Assembly (NCBI GenBank): GCA_002269645.1
Contig: NIVC01000692.1
Location: 124,001 to 188,000, forward strand
DNA: 64,000 nt
Reading direction: 5' to 3'
Source of the DNA: Macrostomum lignano
Lineage: Eukaryota
The notes below the pieces were generated by a model, which saw nothing but the letters and a program-made list of their open reading frames with translations, ran no database searches and was not told where the DNA came from. Below, in pieces: positions 27,004 through 40,971 of this stretch (within the stretch, counting starts at the first letter, position 1; every line of letters starts with the position of its first letter). A program made the translations under genes and the position numbers.

Positions 27004-28629
27004 AAACCAGACATTCCTCCTTAAACTAACCAAATATTCCACCCTAAACTATCCAGACATTCCACCCTAAACTAATCAGAGATTCCACCCTAAATTAACC
27101 AAATATTCCACCCTTAACTAACCAGATATTCCTCCTTAAACTAACCAGATATTCCTCCTTAAACTAACCAGAAATTTCACACTAAAATAACCAGATATTC
27201 CACCCTAAACTAACCAGATATTCCACCCTAAACTAACCAGATATTCCACCCTAAACTATCCAGATATTCCACCCTAAACTAACCAGATATTCCACCCTAA
27301 ACTATCCAGATATTCCACCTAAACTAACCAGATATTCCACCCTAAACTATCCAGATATTCCACCCTAAACTATCCAGATATTCCACCCTAAACTAACCAG
27401 ATATTCCACCCTAAACTATCCAGATATTCCACCCTAAACTAACCAGATATTCCACCCTAAACTAACCAAATATTCCACCCTTAACTAACTAGATATTCCT
27501 CCTTAAACTAACCAAATATTCCACCTTAAACTAACCAGATATTTCTCCTTAAACTAACCAGACATTTCACACTAAAATAACCAGATATTCCACCCTAAAC
27601 TAACCAGATATCCCTCCCTAAACTAACCAGATATTCCACCCTAAACTAACCAGATATTCAACCCTAAACTAACCAGATATTCAACCCTAAACTAACCAGA
27701 TATTCAACCCTAAACTAACCAGATATTCAACCCTAAACTAACCAGATATTCAACCCTAAACTAACCAGATATTCAACCCTAAACTAACCAGATATTCAAC
27801 CCTAAACTAACCAGATATTCAACCCTAAACTAACCAGATATCCCTCCCTAAACTAACCAGATATCCCTCCCTAAACTAACCAGATATTCAACCCTAAACT
27901 AACCAGATATTCAACCCTAAACTAACCAGATATTCCACCCTAAACTAACCAGATATTCAACCCTAAACTAACCAGATATTCAACCCTAAACTAACCAGAT
28001 ATTCAACCCTAAACTAACCAGATATTCAACCCTAAACTAACCAGATATTCAACCCTAAACTAACCAGATATTCAACCCTAAACTAACCAGATATTCAACC
28101 CTAAACTAACCAGATATCCCTCCCTAAACTAACCAGATATTCAACCCTAAACTAACCAGATATCCCTCCCTAAACTAACCAGATATCCCTCCCTAAACTA
28201 ACCAGATATTCAACCCTAAACTAACCAGATATTCCACCCTAAACTAACCAGATATCCCTCCCTAAACTAACCAGATATCCCTCCCTAAACTAACCAGATA
28301 TTCAACCCTAAACTAACCAGATATTGAACCCTAAACTAACCAGATATTCAACCCTAAACTAACCAGATATCCCTCCCTAAACTAACCAGATATTCAACCC
28401 TAAACTAACCAGATATTCAACCCTAAACTAACCAGATATTCAACCCTAAACTAACCAGATATCCCTCCCTAAACTAACCAGATATCCCTCCCTAAACTAA
28501 CCAGATATTCAACCCTAAACTAACCAGATATTCAACCCTAAACTAACCAGATATTCAACCCTAAACTAACCAGATATTCAACCCTAAACTAACCAGATAT
28601 TCAACCCTAAACTAACCAGATATTCCACC
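27004..28629. repeat. 23 bp satellite CCCTAAACTAACCAGATATTCAA, about 70 copies, between FucTA and RP2
   Basis: 23 bp periodicity with blocks of variants (TTCCAC, TTCAAC, TCCCTC). Confidence 0.97.
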
Positions 28630-29782
28630 ACTTTTTAAAAGTATTTTTAGTTTCAATCATAACAAGCCACAGACTCAACTTACATTATATATGTCATAGG
28701 ATATCTTTGTAAGTCTTAATCAGAAGATCCCACAAAAACTACCAAAAGATCCCATCCTACCATTCTACCATCATTTCATGGATATCTGAAGGTGAACCAA
28801 GTGTGACCAATGCACTTAAAAACTATAAATTATTAGTTCACAAGACACTGAGCATTGATCTGACAGGAATATGTAAAGCGCATTTACTTCATTAATGTAT
28901 TAGATTCAACAAGTACAAAACAGCATAATAAAATGGCTTACCGAAAAAAAAATGTAGGACAATTTAACTGGACGGAGGAGGACAGGGTCGCAAAACAGAG
29001 ACAAAAGCCGGCTATAAATAGTGAAAGAGGATAGTAGAATAAAATTGGAATGTTGCCAAAGCGACTATATAAATTAGTAATTAATAATGCTTATCAATTG
29101 ACACAGAAGCCGAGTAGCCCTGTTACTATATCTGTACTACTGATTCTATTAAAAAGTTGATTAGTAAACTGCAATGCATTATTAGGCATAGGAGTAAACA
29201 GACAGAAACGAATGGACAAAGCTGGGCATTTATCAAAGAATAGGATTGAAATTGTACAGCCAGTGGCACAGCCGCTGCTGCTACATGCCACAATTCGTGG
29301 CAGTGATCAATAAGCTTAAATGTGTTCGGGCCAACGCGCATGTAAATTTATTATGTATGCTTTTAGGAACGTCAACACAACAAAGACTTTTTAAATACAA
29401 TTTACGCCAATAGCTCGTAAATAACACAATGCTTTAAAGCTAGCATAATAAGCAACAGCCACTATACTTGTCTTAGTCCAGTAACTTCCCAATGGGAATG
29501 GGGGGCACGGAGCAGCTCAGCGGCGAACGCGTCCGACTCTCGGGCCGTGACTCCTGGCTCGGGAGGTTGACGTGCCATTCACACCCATGAGAGCCAGCCC
29601 CCAAAGCCCAGAGTGTACATGCCTGACAATTAGAAAGTCAGGGCCGATGTACACGGTACACCCTGTGTGAGCGCGTTCTTGTGTAATGCACGCATACGTG
29701 TACATGCACAGGTTCAATTATTATAACAAGCAGAGAGAGCAAAGCAGAAACAAAGCTTTACAATAATAAACATTGCAGACCG

Positions 29783-29783
<1 letters not shown>

Positions 29784-29834
<51 letters not shown>
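29784..29834. repeat. (CA)n microsatellite in the presumptive RP2 3' UTR
   Basis: About 25 CA units. Confidence 0.97.
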
Positions 29835-29836
<2 letters not shown>

Positions 29837-29960
29837 CTCTAATACGTGCTACTGTAAAAATCCGACTCAGAGATCCAGTCTTTGCAGAGAAAATCGAGGA
29901 ATAAGAACTAAATGTTGAACTTTAAGCCGCATGGTGCTGGGCCGAACTGGCACTGATCGG

Positions 29961-30124
29961 CTACTGCGAGTTCATCTGCATGTCAACAATGCCGCCAAGG
30001 ATGTCGAGCTGACGGTCGGCCACGCCGGAATCCGAGCTCACGTAGAAATCCTCGTTACCCTGAGTCAGGGACTGGAGCAGGGGCACCACCTGGGGACCGT
30101 TGAATTCCAAGCAGATCACCGGGC
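29961..30124 (-). CDS. RP2: RP2/XRP2 exon 6 of 6: GPVICLEFNGPQVV..FYVSS..DMQMNSQ*
   Basis: Matches human RP2 GPVIALEFNG..MFVSES..DIQMGI; phase-1 acceptor ccccacag|GC; total CDS 92+210+173+104+316+164 = 1059 nt = 352 aa plus stop. Confidence 0.93.
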
Positions 30125-30227
30125 CTGTGGGGAAAACAGAGTTGAGAAATAATATAAAGACAGCGAGAGTTGCAAAACAGTTCAGTTCTTCAGTTTGTGC
30201 TTCAAAATAACTAATGTTAAAAATGAT

Positions 30228-31110
30228 ACATACAGATTCAGAGATGGACAAAATGACAGACAGATTCAGAGATGAACAAAATGACACATACAGATTCAGA
30301 GATGGACAAAATGACAGACAGATTCAGAGATGGACAAAATGACACATACAGATTCAGAGATGGACAAAATGACAGACAGATTCAGAGATGGACAAAATGA
30401 CAGACAGATTCAGAGATGGACAAAATGACACATACAGATTCAGAGATGGACAAAATGACAGACAGATTCAGAGATGGACAAAATGACAGACAGATTCAGA
30501 GATGGACAAAATGACAGACAGATTCAGAGATGGACAAAATAACACACAGATTCAGAGACAGACAAACGACACAGACAGATTCAGAGACAGACAAATTCAG
30601 AGACAGACAAATAGCACAGACAGATTTAGAGACAGACAAATGACACATACAGATTCAGAGACAGACAAATGACACAGACAGATTCAGAGACAGACAAATG
30701 ACACAGACAGATTCAGAGACAGACAAATAGCACAGACAGATTCAGAGACAGACAAATGACACATACAGATTCAGAGACAGACAAATAGCACAGACAGATT
30801 CAGAGACAGACAAATGACACATACAGATTCAGAGACAGACAAATGACACATACAGATTCAGAGACAGACAAATAGCACAGACAGATTTAGAGACAGACAG
30901 ACAGATTCAGAGACAGACAAATGACACAGACAGATTCAGAGACAGACAGATGACACGTACAGATTCAGAAGTGGACAAAATGACAGACAGATTCAGAGAC
31001 AGAAGACAAATGAAACATACAGATTTAGACATACAAATAGCACGGATTCAGAGACAGACAAATGACACAAACAGATTCAGAGACAGACAAATCACACAGA
31101 TTCAGAGACA
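30228..31110. repeat. 28-29 bp minisatellite (GATTCAGAGATGGACAAAATGACAGACA grading into GATTCAGAGACAGACAAATGACACAGACA) in RP2 intron 5
   Basis: Visible periodicity with a unit switch near 30550. Confidence 0.93.
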
Positions 31111-31223
31111 AACATAAATAAACAAAGACTCAATCACTAAACAGGATTTTCAGTAGCACTGTTAAAACTTTAAAAAATCCAATGACAGCTATAGAACAGG
31201 CGCAGCACAGGTAGGCAACCCAC

Positions 31224-31539
31224 CTTTAGCCAGTTGGGCATCATAGTGCATAGTCTGCAGTAGGCGCCGGCCATTCTCAACGGTCAGCTGCAGTTGCCAG
31301 GTGCGCACGAGTCGCAGGTCCGGCTTAGTCGCAGCTTTAGCAATGAGGGCCACGGCGTTCTCCCAGCCGGAGAACACTAAGGCTAGGCATTTTTCATCAG
31401 TGAGGCCGGCGGGACGAGAGCCGAACGTTTGAGGCACTACGCTGTACTCAGGTTTAGTGCTTACCTTCTGGCTGATGAAGCTGTGCAACTGGTGGCTTTC
31501 TGGCACGTCTAAAGGAAAGAAATCCCTGATTGGCGTGCC
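31224..31539 (-). CDS. RP2: RP2 exon 5 of 6 (VSTKPEYSVVPQTFG..DEKCLALVF; NDPK-like domain)
   Basis: Matches human VSTEANRSIVPISRG..DESCLVVLF; cgcag|GGC acceptor and G|gtggg donor; 316 bp. Confidence 0.92.
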
Positions 31540-31574
31540 CTGCGGTGAGTAAATAGTGGCTTGGTGGAGAAAAC

Positions 31575-32632
31575 ATGGGTGGCTAGTGGGGGAATCTAGT
31601 GAAGGGGTGGCTAGTGGGGGAATCTAGTGAAGGGTGACAAGTAGGGGTATCTAGTGAAGGGGTTGGCTAGTAGGGGTATTTAGTGAAGGGGTTGGCTAGT
31701 AGGGGTATCTAGTGAAGGGGCGGCTAGTAGGGGTATCTAGTGAAGGGGTTAGCTAGTGGGGGAATCTAGTGAAGGGGTGGCTAGTGGGGGAATCTAGTGA
31801 AGGGGTTGGCTAGTGGGGGAATCTAGTGAAGGGGCGGCTAGTAGGGGTATCTAGTGAAGGGGCGGCTAGTAGGGGTATCTAGTGAAGGGGTTGGCTAGTG
31901 GGGGTATCTAGTGAAGGGGTTGGCTAGTAGGGGTATCTAGTGAAGGGGTTGGCTAGTAGGGGCATCTAGTGAAGGGGTTAGCTAGTGGGGGCATCTAGTG
32001 AAGGGGTTGGCTAGTAGGGGCATCTAGTGAAGGGGTTAGCTAGTGGGGGCATCTAGTGAAGGGGTTAGCTAGTGGGGGCATCTAGTGAAGGGGTTAGCTA
32101 GTGGGGGTATCTAGTGAAGGGGTTAGCTAGTGGGGGAATCTAGTGAAGGGGTTGGCTAGTGGGGGAATCTAGTGAAGGGGTGGCTAGTGGGGGTATCTAG
32201 TGAAGGGGTTGGCTAGTGGGGGAATCTAGTGAAGGGGTTGGCTAGTGGGGGAATCTAGTGAAGGGGTTGGCTAGTGGGGGCATCTAGTGAAGGGGTTAGC
32301 TAGTGGGGGAATCTAGTGAAGGGGTTAGCTAGTGGGGGAATCTAGTGAAGGGGTTAGCTAGTGGGGGTATCCAGTGAAGGGGTTGGCTAGTAGGGGTATC
32401 TAGTGAAGGGGTGGCTAGTGGGGGTATCTAGTGAAGGGGTTGGCTAGTGGGGGAATCTAGTGAAGGGGTTGGCTAGTGGGGGAATCTAGTGAAGGGGTTG
32501 GCTAGTGGGGGCATCTAGTGAAGGGGTTGGCTAGTAGGGGTATCTAGTGAAGGGGTTAGCTAGTGGGGGCATCTAGTGAAGGGGTTAGCTAGTGGGGGTA
32601 TCCAGTGAAGGGGTTAGCTAGTGGGGGAATCA
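31575..32632. repeat. 28-29 bp G-rich minisatellite ATCTAGTGAAGGGGTTGGCTAGTGGGGGA in RP2 intron 4
   Basis: About 36 copies visible. Confidence 0.96.
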
Positions 32633-32715
32633 CCAGTGGCCCTGTTAATCACAACGAATGAAAAATGCAAAGCTTCATATATACTCAAATGAACGCAAAA
32701 CGCTGCTATACTCAC

Positions 32716-32819
32716 ATCTGGCACCAGAGTAAAGTTGCTCTCCCCAGTGACCGGGGTAAAGTCGTGAATTTCACTCCAGTGGCAGTTGAATGGGCTGAGA
32801 CTGCTGTTTTCAAACTGGC
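32716..32819 (-). CDS. RP2: RP2 exon 4 of 6 (GQFENSSLSPFNCHWSEIHDFTPVTGESNFTLVPD)
   Basis: Matches human [24 protein letters not shown]; ttgcag|GC acceptor and GAT|gtgagt donor. Confidence 0.94.
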
Positions 32820-32900
32820 CTGCAAATCAATAAAAAACATATGTTCATGATTCGTACCTGACTAGTTGGCACTGCTCAGTGAAAGGTGCAAAAATCTTAC

Positions 32901-33073
32901 CCAACAGTTCCGGATAATAGAAGCAGAACGGGCCAAATCGCATCTTACTAGAGGCTTCAATAATTGGTAGAGAAACGCAAGACAAAAAGCAGTCCAGACG
33001 CTGACAGTCGCGAGTTCGAAACTGTTGACAAGCCACTAGAAATTTGCAGTCCTTGCAGTCACGAATGAAAATG
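32901..33073 (-). CDS. RP2: RP2 exon 3 of 6 (SIFIRDCKDCKFLVACQQFRTRDC..PIIEASS..YYPELL)
   Basis: Contains the CQQFRxRDC arginine-finger motif of the Arl3-GAP/TBCC domain; phases 2/1 fit. Confidence 0.95.
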
Positions 33074-33298
33074 CTGTAAAAAATTCATTAAGTTGGAACT
33101 CCGCTTTGCCTTTATAATTTTTTTCTACTGCTCTGAAACTACTGTCACCCCGGTAAACGGCAGTCACGGATAAAAATGCCTCATCATCTAACGAGTCATA
33201 ATTAATTAGTATATTTAGTATTTTTATATTTTTATTAGTATATTTAGATTATACACCTAGGCTTATTCCTTCTGCCTGGACTTTGCCTGTCATCTTAC

Positions 33299-33508
33299 CT
33301 GGTCTGCACGGGTCCAATAAAGAAGACGCAGTTTTCACAGTCATCAACAGTAATAGTGTTGATGTGATCGAACAAGTACACAGATGAATTCTTGCAATTG
33401 GCAATTATAAACTGTTGACCATTGATAGTGCCAGGAAGTCGGCCAGCCACCTCGCCATCAATGTTTTCAATTGTGAAATCTTTTGGATCCACTTGTGGTC
33501 CTTGCTCC
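33299..33508 (-). CDS. RP2: RP2 exon 2 of 6 (EQGPQVDPKDF..GRLPGTINGQQF..FDH..VDDC..FIGPV)
   Basis: Strong match to human VDPKDY..GRLPGTVAGQQF; ctgtag|G acceptor and AG|gtaag donor. Confidence 0.95.
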
Positions 33509-36500
33509 CTACAGAAAATGAAAGGCTTGACAAGTGTTTTTTGTCTATTGTGATAATTTTTTATAACTTAAAAATTAAAGTTTATAAAACTATACAGCTT
33601 CCAATTAGGGGGGTATTATTAATTTATTAGCTAAAATGGCAAAACTCTAATAAATATGTTGGCTTATTGATTAAGAATAACTGAATAATTAGATAAGTAG
33701 CTCTTAGCTTAATTAGGTAGCTCCTAGCTTTTAGCTTAGTAGAAATGCTATAAAGAAGCAAGAGGATTAAGGATAAAAAAGAGACCTACAATGGGGAATT
33801 GAGGGATTAGAGACAGAGAGGAAAAGAATAAAGGCAAGGGAGGGAGGAAAATAGAGAAAAAAAGAGTAAATCTTTAGACTTGGCAAATGCAAAGAACCAA
33901 AATGCCAGCACAACATGTAGTAGCAACAATGGACTAATACTACTGAATTACCTATAAGTTTAAACTAAAAAGTGACCTAATGTAAAGAAAAGATTTTAAG
34001 TCTCTGCCAAATTTATCTTTCAATTGCATTACTTTCAATAGGAAGATCTAAAAAAATTGATTTTGATTTCAATTAAAACAACAATTTTATTATTTTACTC
34101 TAATATAGCTATTAGATTTGAGTAATAAATATAGAAATAAGAATCATAATTAAATTGCACTTTCAGAATAGATATTAAAATGCTAAAACATCATTGTTAA
34201 GTATAATAATATATGCAAATTGAAAAATTGCTATTATATAATCCTAAAAAGTATTGTTGCACATAATGCTCAAAATAATCTAAGCTAGACTAGTTTTTAA
34301 ATGTCTAAAATATTATCAAAATAAAAATGGGATATATGTAGCTCATACAAAGTCAATATATGCACTTCAACTATATTTTATATTTATTAATTATATTAAA
34401 TGTATAGCAAAAAACACTTACTTTTTAGCAGAATTTATTTAAGGCATTAGAACAAATATTCAGTGGTGTTGGAATATAGTTCAATGTGGGGGAGGGGCTA
34501 TTGGTGGGAAGGCACATTGTATATAAATTTTTGTAATATAAGGGCACTCAACTCCTGGTGTTATGTCAGTTTTTGACATTGTGACAACCAAGCCAATATT
34601 TATTTTGTGTTAGAAGTGGCCAAAAGTCTGGTAATGCTTAAATTTTCAACTGATTCAAATATTGCGCAACTTGATTAGGCATACATCCCAGAATTTAATC
34701 TTGGGATCACAATTTTCTGGGGTTTGATAATCCCAAGATTGACCATTGCAATCCCAATCTGACTTTGCAATAATTTGACCATTTATTTTTGAGTAATAGT
34801 ATCTACAGCTAAGCCACTAGTCAAGAGAAAATCATAATCCAATTGTCCTGCTTTGATTTATTAATTTTTAAGCATGCAGGCTATTGAGAAGGCTAGGGCT
34901 ATACAGGGATACAAAACTGAAGCCATTGGCAGATTTTAAAGAGATTTAAAGTATAATATAGATATGCAACTGTATGTATATGATACTTGTAGACTAATAT
35001 AATTATTATTCTAAAACCCGTGCATAGAGCCTAAAGCAATAGAAGCCAGTTCTTCATTGTTTCCAATCATAGCACTATAGCTTGCCAGACAGAATTAAAA
35101 TCATTGTTCATTTGAACTTTCCTGCTAGGACTCAACTCCGACTTTCAACTTTAAACAAACCAACTTAAAAGTAAGGAAAATTGTGTTGTTTTACACTCGA
35201 TTCTTATCTTGTTGGAAAGTTGGTGCCATTGGCTCAATTTTGACAGACAAAAGTAGGTAAGAATGTATGAAAATCAGACCAACATTTATCTTCATATGAT
35301 TTTCTTTGGTTTTTGTTGGACTGAAAGACTAAAGTCAGACCAAAAAAGTAGACGATTCATCAACTTCCTTAAAAAACGTAATGACTACTCCAACTTTCAC
35401 CTGATATAACTCCAATTTTTAACTGTTTTTAATATATGTGTAAATATGACAATGTATGACTGTCCGATTTTCACCAACATTCATCTGCACAAGTTGGATC
35501 AACTGCTACACAACTATCACTTGACACTGAAGGTCCGATATTAATGTATATGGTTGGTGTGTGCATACGGTTAATGTGGTTGGGCAAAGTGCTACGCTCA
35601 ATTAATTAAGTTTTGCTGCAAAACAAGTACTGTATTTAAGTTCACATGATAATCTGCTTCGTAAATGAAATGAAATTAATGTAGCAGCAACTGCCTGTCT
35701 TTAATAATATATTTTAACTAATAATAATACAGTACATAACACAGTACATATTACAGAATAGTTTTGTTCTGTATGAGCAACATTAGTGGTGGAGGCTCTG
35801 ATGGAGGTCTTTGGTATATACCACAACGGAGTTGCTTTTAATTGATTCGAATATGTGCTGGAATAAACAGTGGGCTTACTAATTAAAGTGGGCTGACCAG
35901 TGGGCTAGTCAGTGTGCTTTGAGGGGCCTGGCTACAGTGGCTAAATAATGGCAAAAAGCCCATACTGCGTCCCAACACTGCGCCAAACTTCAACCGAATT
36001 TTTACAGACTAATTTAGGTGAAAATTGGAGAAAAGTTGGTGAAAAATTGTGCCAACACAACTTAGAATTTTGTTTATATTTCATCAACCTAACAAACAAG
36101 CGAAAGTTAGAGAAAATTCAGGCATATTTCGATTCAATTATGAAAATTGTTGAAAATTGTGTAAAAATTGGACTAAAATTACACTGACAGTTTGCAAAAT
36201 GTTTGAGTTGAGTCCCAGCGGGTTCCCTTTATCTCAAACCTAGCTAAAGTCAGGGAGTCTCAACCTTGCATAGATCAAAAACTCTCTATGCAAAAGACAT
36301 CATTCGTAGCATTGGCAGGACACCCTTTGGATGCCTAGCATAGTGAAGTGATCTTAATTTAAGCATGTTATGCCCAATGTTATTTTTTAGTCTAATGCGA
36401 ACTTCTATCAGGAAAGTACAGCACATGCTTGTGCGCCAGTAAAGATCCTATTGCGTGAAGCGAACACCAATGAAATGCGTTATAGAAATCATATATATAC

Positions 36501-36704
36501 TAGCGTTCAGTGAGAATGAAGCCTCTCTCCAGTTTTTCCCGGTTCTTGGCTCTCCGCCTCTTTGCCTCCTCAACTGCTCTGCTAGCTTGCCTCAACAATC
36601 GGGCCTGAATTCTAATATCCCGATTTAACAGAGATAAATCCGGACAAACATCAATTTGTGCAACAATATTGATAAGTAGCCTGCGGCTCCATCTCCTTTC
36701 TCCT

Positions 36705-37095
36705 TTCTCCTTATATACTAAAAATGAGTTGTCTGTGGGTATGCGATAGATTTCAGAAAAATTGGCTCAACCGATTTTCTTCAAACTTGCACCATTCGAT
36801 CAGAAATTTTCCTGGGACGGTACATGCATCTTGGCTAAGAAATTGCTCAATTCTAAAGGGATTAAATATTCGAAAAACATGCTTTTTTGCAAAGGTCAAG
36901 CAAAATTTTCGACTTGAAATGCATTGTAAGAATGCTAGAGAAAAACCTGACTGACTGAATTTTGATTCTGATAAAGATTGCATCACAACAAGTTGAAAAC
37001 AGTGTCGAAGAAATGCACACACGACTTGATTTAAATTACGTAACCAATATTGCTAACTTAAATTGAGACTGATACTGGCTGACTGAGAAATTGAT
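36705..37095 (+). mobile_element. Second, shorter copy of the HINE-like family seen at 15494-17155
   Basis: ATACTAAAAATGAGTTGTCTGT start, an AACCGATTTT..AAACTTG motif, and a shared end motif AGACTGATACTGGCTGACTGAGAAAT. Confidence 0.4.
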
Positions 37096-37289
37096 TATGT
37101 CATAACTTTTACTTTAATTGACTTGCTGTAAGAATTGAATTATAAGGGCCACAATTCATAGAAAAGAGATAGCCTAGATACAAACAGACTGGACTGCCAA
37201 CATAGCGACCTGGGTTTGCATCTTAGTAGAGCAAAATAATTTTTTTATTTAATCACCTTGAAAACACAAAACTGCTAAACATAAAAAAG

Positions 37290-39890
37290 CACAATGTCAA
37301 ACATAAAAGAGGCACCATGTCAAACATTACATGGTCACCATGTAAAACATATACGTGACTCTATGTCAAACATTACATGGTCACCATGTAAAACATATAT
37401 GTGACTCTATGTCAAACATAAAAGAGCCACCATGTAAAACGTAAAAGAGCCACCATGAAGAACATTAAAGAGCCACCATGCCAAACATAAAAGAGCCACC
37501 ATGTAAAATATTAAAGAGCCACCATGGCAAACATAAAAGAGCCACTATGTCGAACATTAAAGAGCTAGCATGTCTAACATTAAAGAGCCACCATGTCGAA
37601 CATTAAAGAGACACCATTTCGAACATAAAAGAGCCACTATTTCAAACATAAAAGAGCCACAATGTAGAATATTAAAGAGCCACTATGTCGAACATTAAAA
37701 AGCCACCGTGTCAAACACTAAAGAGCCACTATTTCGAACATTAAAGAGCCACCATGTTGAATATTAAAGAGCCACCATGTAGAATATTAAAGAGCCACTA
37801 TGTCAAACATTAAAGAGCCACTATGTCAAACGTAAAAGTGACTTTATGTCAAACATATAGGTGTTTTTATGTCAAACATTAAAGAGCCACCATTTCGAAC
37901 ATTAAAGAGCCACCATGTCAAACATAAGAGAGCCACCATGTCAAGCATAAAATAGACACAATTTCAAACGTAAAAGAATTGCCAGCCAATGCCAATTTTA
38001 AGTCATGCCAATTTTAAAGGAGCCACTATAAAGCTAAGGAAATTTTCGCACTAGCTACTTATTGTCTGGTGGATGCTTGCTATTTGGGGATACTTGCTAT
38101 CTGGGGGGTGCTTGCTATCTGGGGGATGCTTGCTATCTGAGGGTGCTTGCTATCTGGGGGATGCTTGCTATCTGGGGGATGCTTGCTATCTGGGGGGTGC
38201 TTGCTATCTGGGGGATGCTTGCTATCTGGGGAATGCTTGCTATCTGGGGGATGCTTGCTATCTGGGGGATGCTTGCTATCTGGGGGTACTTGCTATCTGG
38301 GGGATGCTTGCTATCTGGGGGCTGCTTGCTATCTGGGGGATGCTTGCTATCTGGGGGGATGCTTGCTATCTGGGGGGTGCTTGTTATCTGGGGGATGCTT
38401 GCTATCTGGGGGGGTACTTGCTATCTGGGGGATGTTTTCTCTCTGGGTGATGCTTGCTGTCTTGGGATGATTTCTTTTTGGATTGCACTTTATTTGAGCA
38501 GTTTCTCGGTTTTCTTTGTATAGGTTTTTTTTGTATGTCGAATATTAAACAGCCACCATGTCAAACATAAAAGAGCCACCATGTCAAACATATACGTGAC
38601 TCCATCTCAAACAATAAAGAGCCACTATGTCAAACATAAAAGAGCTACCATGTCAGACATAAAAGAGCTACCATGTCAAATATACAAAAGCCATCATGTC
38701 AAACATAAAACAGCCACATATACGTGACTTAATGTCAAATCTTAAGGAGCCTCCATGTCGAACATTAAAGAGCCACCATGTAAAATATAAAAGAGCTACC
38801 ATGTAAAATATAAAAGAGCCACCATATCAAACATAAAAGAGCCACCATTTTAAACATATACGTGACTCCATGTCAAACATTAAAGCGCCATCATGTCAAA
38901 CATATATGTGACTGCATGTCAAACATAGAAGAGCCACCATGTCAAACATAAAAGAGCCACCATGGCGAACATTAAAGAGCCACCATGTCAAACATAGAAG
39001 AGACACCATGTCAAACATAAACAGCCACCATGTAAAATTTAAAAGAGCTACCATGTAAAATATAAAAGAGCCATCATGTCAAACATTTACGTGACTCAGT
39101 GTCAAACATTAAAGAGCCACCATGTCGAACATTAAAGAGCCACCATGTTAAACATAAAAGAGCCACTATGCCAAACATAAAAGAGCCACCATGTCAAACA
39201 ACTAAGCCACCATGTCAAACAATGAAGAGACACCATGTCAAACATAGAAGAGCCACCATGTCAAACATAACAGAGACAACATTTCAAACGTAAAAGGGCC
39301 GCCATGGTAAACATAGAAGAGCCACTATGTCAACATTAAAGAGCCACCTTTTTAAACATAAAAGAGACACCGTTTCAAACATAAAAGAAGTGTCATGCCA
39401 AACAAAATGGAGCCACTATAAAGCTAAGGAAATTGTTGCACTAGCTACTTTCTCTGGTGGATGCTTGCTATTTAAGGATGGAAACTTGCTATCAAGGGGA
39501 TGCTTGCTATCGGAAGGATGCTTGCTACTGGGGTAACTTGCTATTGGGAGATGCTTGCTCTTGGGGGGTGGAGGGTACTTGCTATCTAAGAGGGGGTTGC
39601 TAGATATCTATAAGGTCTCTTTGTATCCAGGTTAATGCTTGCTATCTGGGGTTGCTTGCAGTCTGGGGGATTGCTTGCTATCTGGGGGATGCTTGCTATC
39701 AGGGGTTGCTTGCAGTCTGGGGGATGCTTACTATCTGGGGTCTGGCGGATGCTTGCTATCTGGGGGATGCTTGCTATCTGGGGTTGCTTGCTATTGGGGG
39801 GATGCTTGCTATCTGGGGGATGCTTGCAGTTTGGAGGATTTCGCTATTTGGGGATCGATGCTTGAATGCTGTCTGAGGATGCTTGCTGTC
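37290..39890. repeat. Two consecutive bipartite cassettes: 23 bp array (ATGTCAAACATTAAAGAGCCACC), conserved linker, 19 bp array (GATGCTTGCTATCTGGGGG)
   Basis: Linker GGAGCCACTATAAAGCTAAGGAAATT..GCACTAGCTACTT..TCTGGTGGATGCTTGCTATTT at 38019 and 39409; third copy at 43192. Confidence 0.9.
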
Positions 39891-40971
39891 TTGGGATGTT
39901 TTGTTTTTAGAGGGAATGTCTGTTGTTTTTTATGAAGGCTTTATTTCGCTGTCTATTTGTTATTTGTAAAGAACAAGGATTCTATCCAGATGTCCCCCCA
40001 TCGGGGGCGAAGATTGCTAGTTTTCACTAAATTGCTTAACAAATTTGCGTAATTGCGTGATCAATATCCTATTAGGAATTGCTACTAACATTGATTAGTA
40101 ATAAACATCTTGTTGAAGGTTAGAGATTGAGAGAAACAAATCGAACCTCCGACTTATTTGATTCAACAGAAACATCAATGATCATGGTCATCGTCAGAGA
40201 GGCACATCCCCGCAACACATTATTCTAAAACATTTGAATAGGGGTAGAAGCAGAACTACTTTAAGTAGTCCCTACTTTCAATTCAAAACTCCTTGGCAAT
40301 AGTTGGGATTAGAACAGTGGGACCTTGCTGTTGGATCACTTACAACCCAAGTTACCAATTCTCCATCTAGGGTGGGTGCCCCTAGGAAAGTGAGGTCTGA
40401 TCCTCTTCTACCCTGGTATTTGGGCCAATGACATTTGCTTGCGAGAAGTTTGCTTTTTACTTACACTGGCCAAGGTAAATTGCAAATTGAAAATGCGAAA
40501 AATGAAAAATTGGGAGAAGAAAGGAAAGGAAGAAAAAAGGAAAAGAAAGGAGAGAGAAAAGAAAGAGGAGAAAGAAGAGAGAGAAAGAGAAAGAGAAAAG
40601 AAGAGAAAAAGGCAAGAAAAGTCATGTCTAGGCATATACAGAAACTTATTGCTTAGCCCTCATATGTATACCCCTATCTATTGGCTACTATATATTCTTT
40701 ATTCTTACATGTTCATTGATCTCTAGGGTATAGATAAGCAATAATGCCTTATTGCTTTAGCTTGTACTCTTAGCTCCTAAAACTCAGAAAAGCCAAAGCC
40801 CAAAACCCCAAAACTTCAAAAATTCAAAAAGGGCATTTGTAGGATAATGCTAAAAGCTAGGAGGGGGCTGCTCTAGCCCAAGCCCCCTTATGTCACTCTC
40901 TTAATTCTAATACCCTTGCCAATATTCAATAATATTCAACCAAGCAATTTTTTTAAACATTTATATTATAA

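Noticed and set aside
27004-28629. Telomere or chromosome end
   Set aside because: CCCTAA is only part of a 23-mer, and genes flank the array on both sides
36500-36620. Minus-strand ARLLRQASRAVEEAKRRR.. segment as RP2 exon 1
   Set aside because: No MGC start or suitable phase-2 donor; 50386-50477 fits far better
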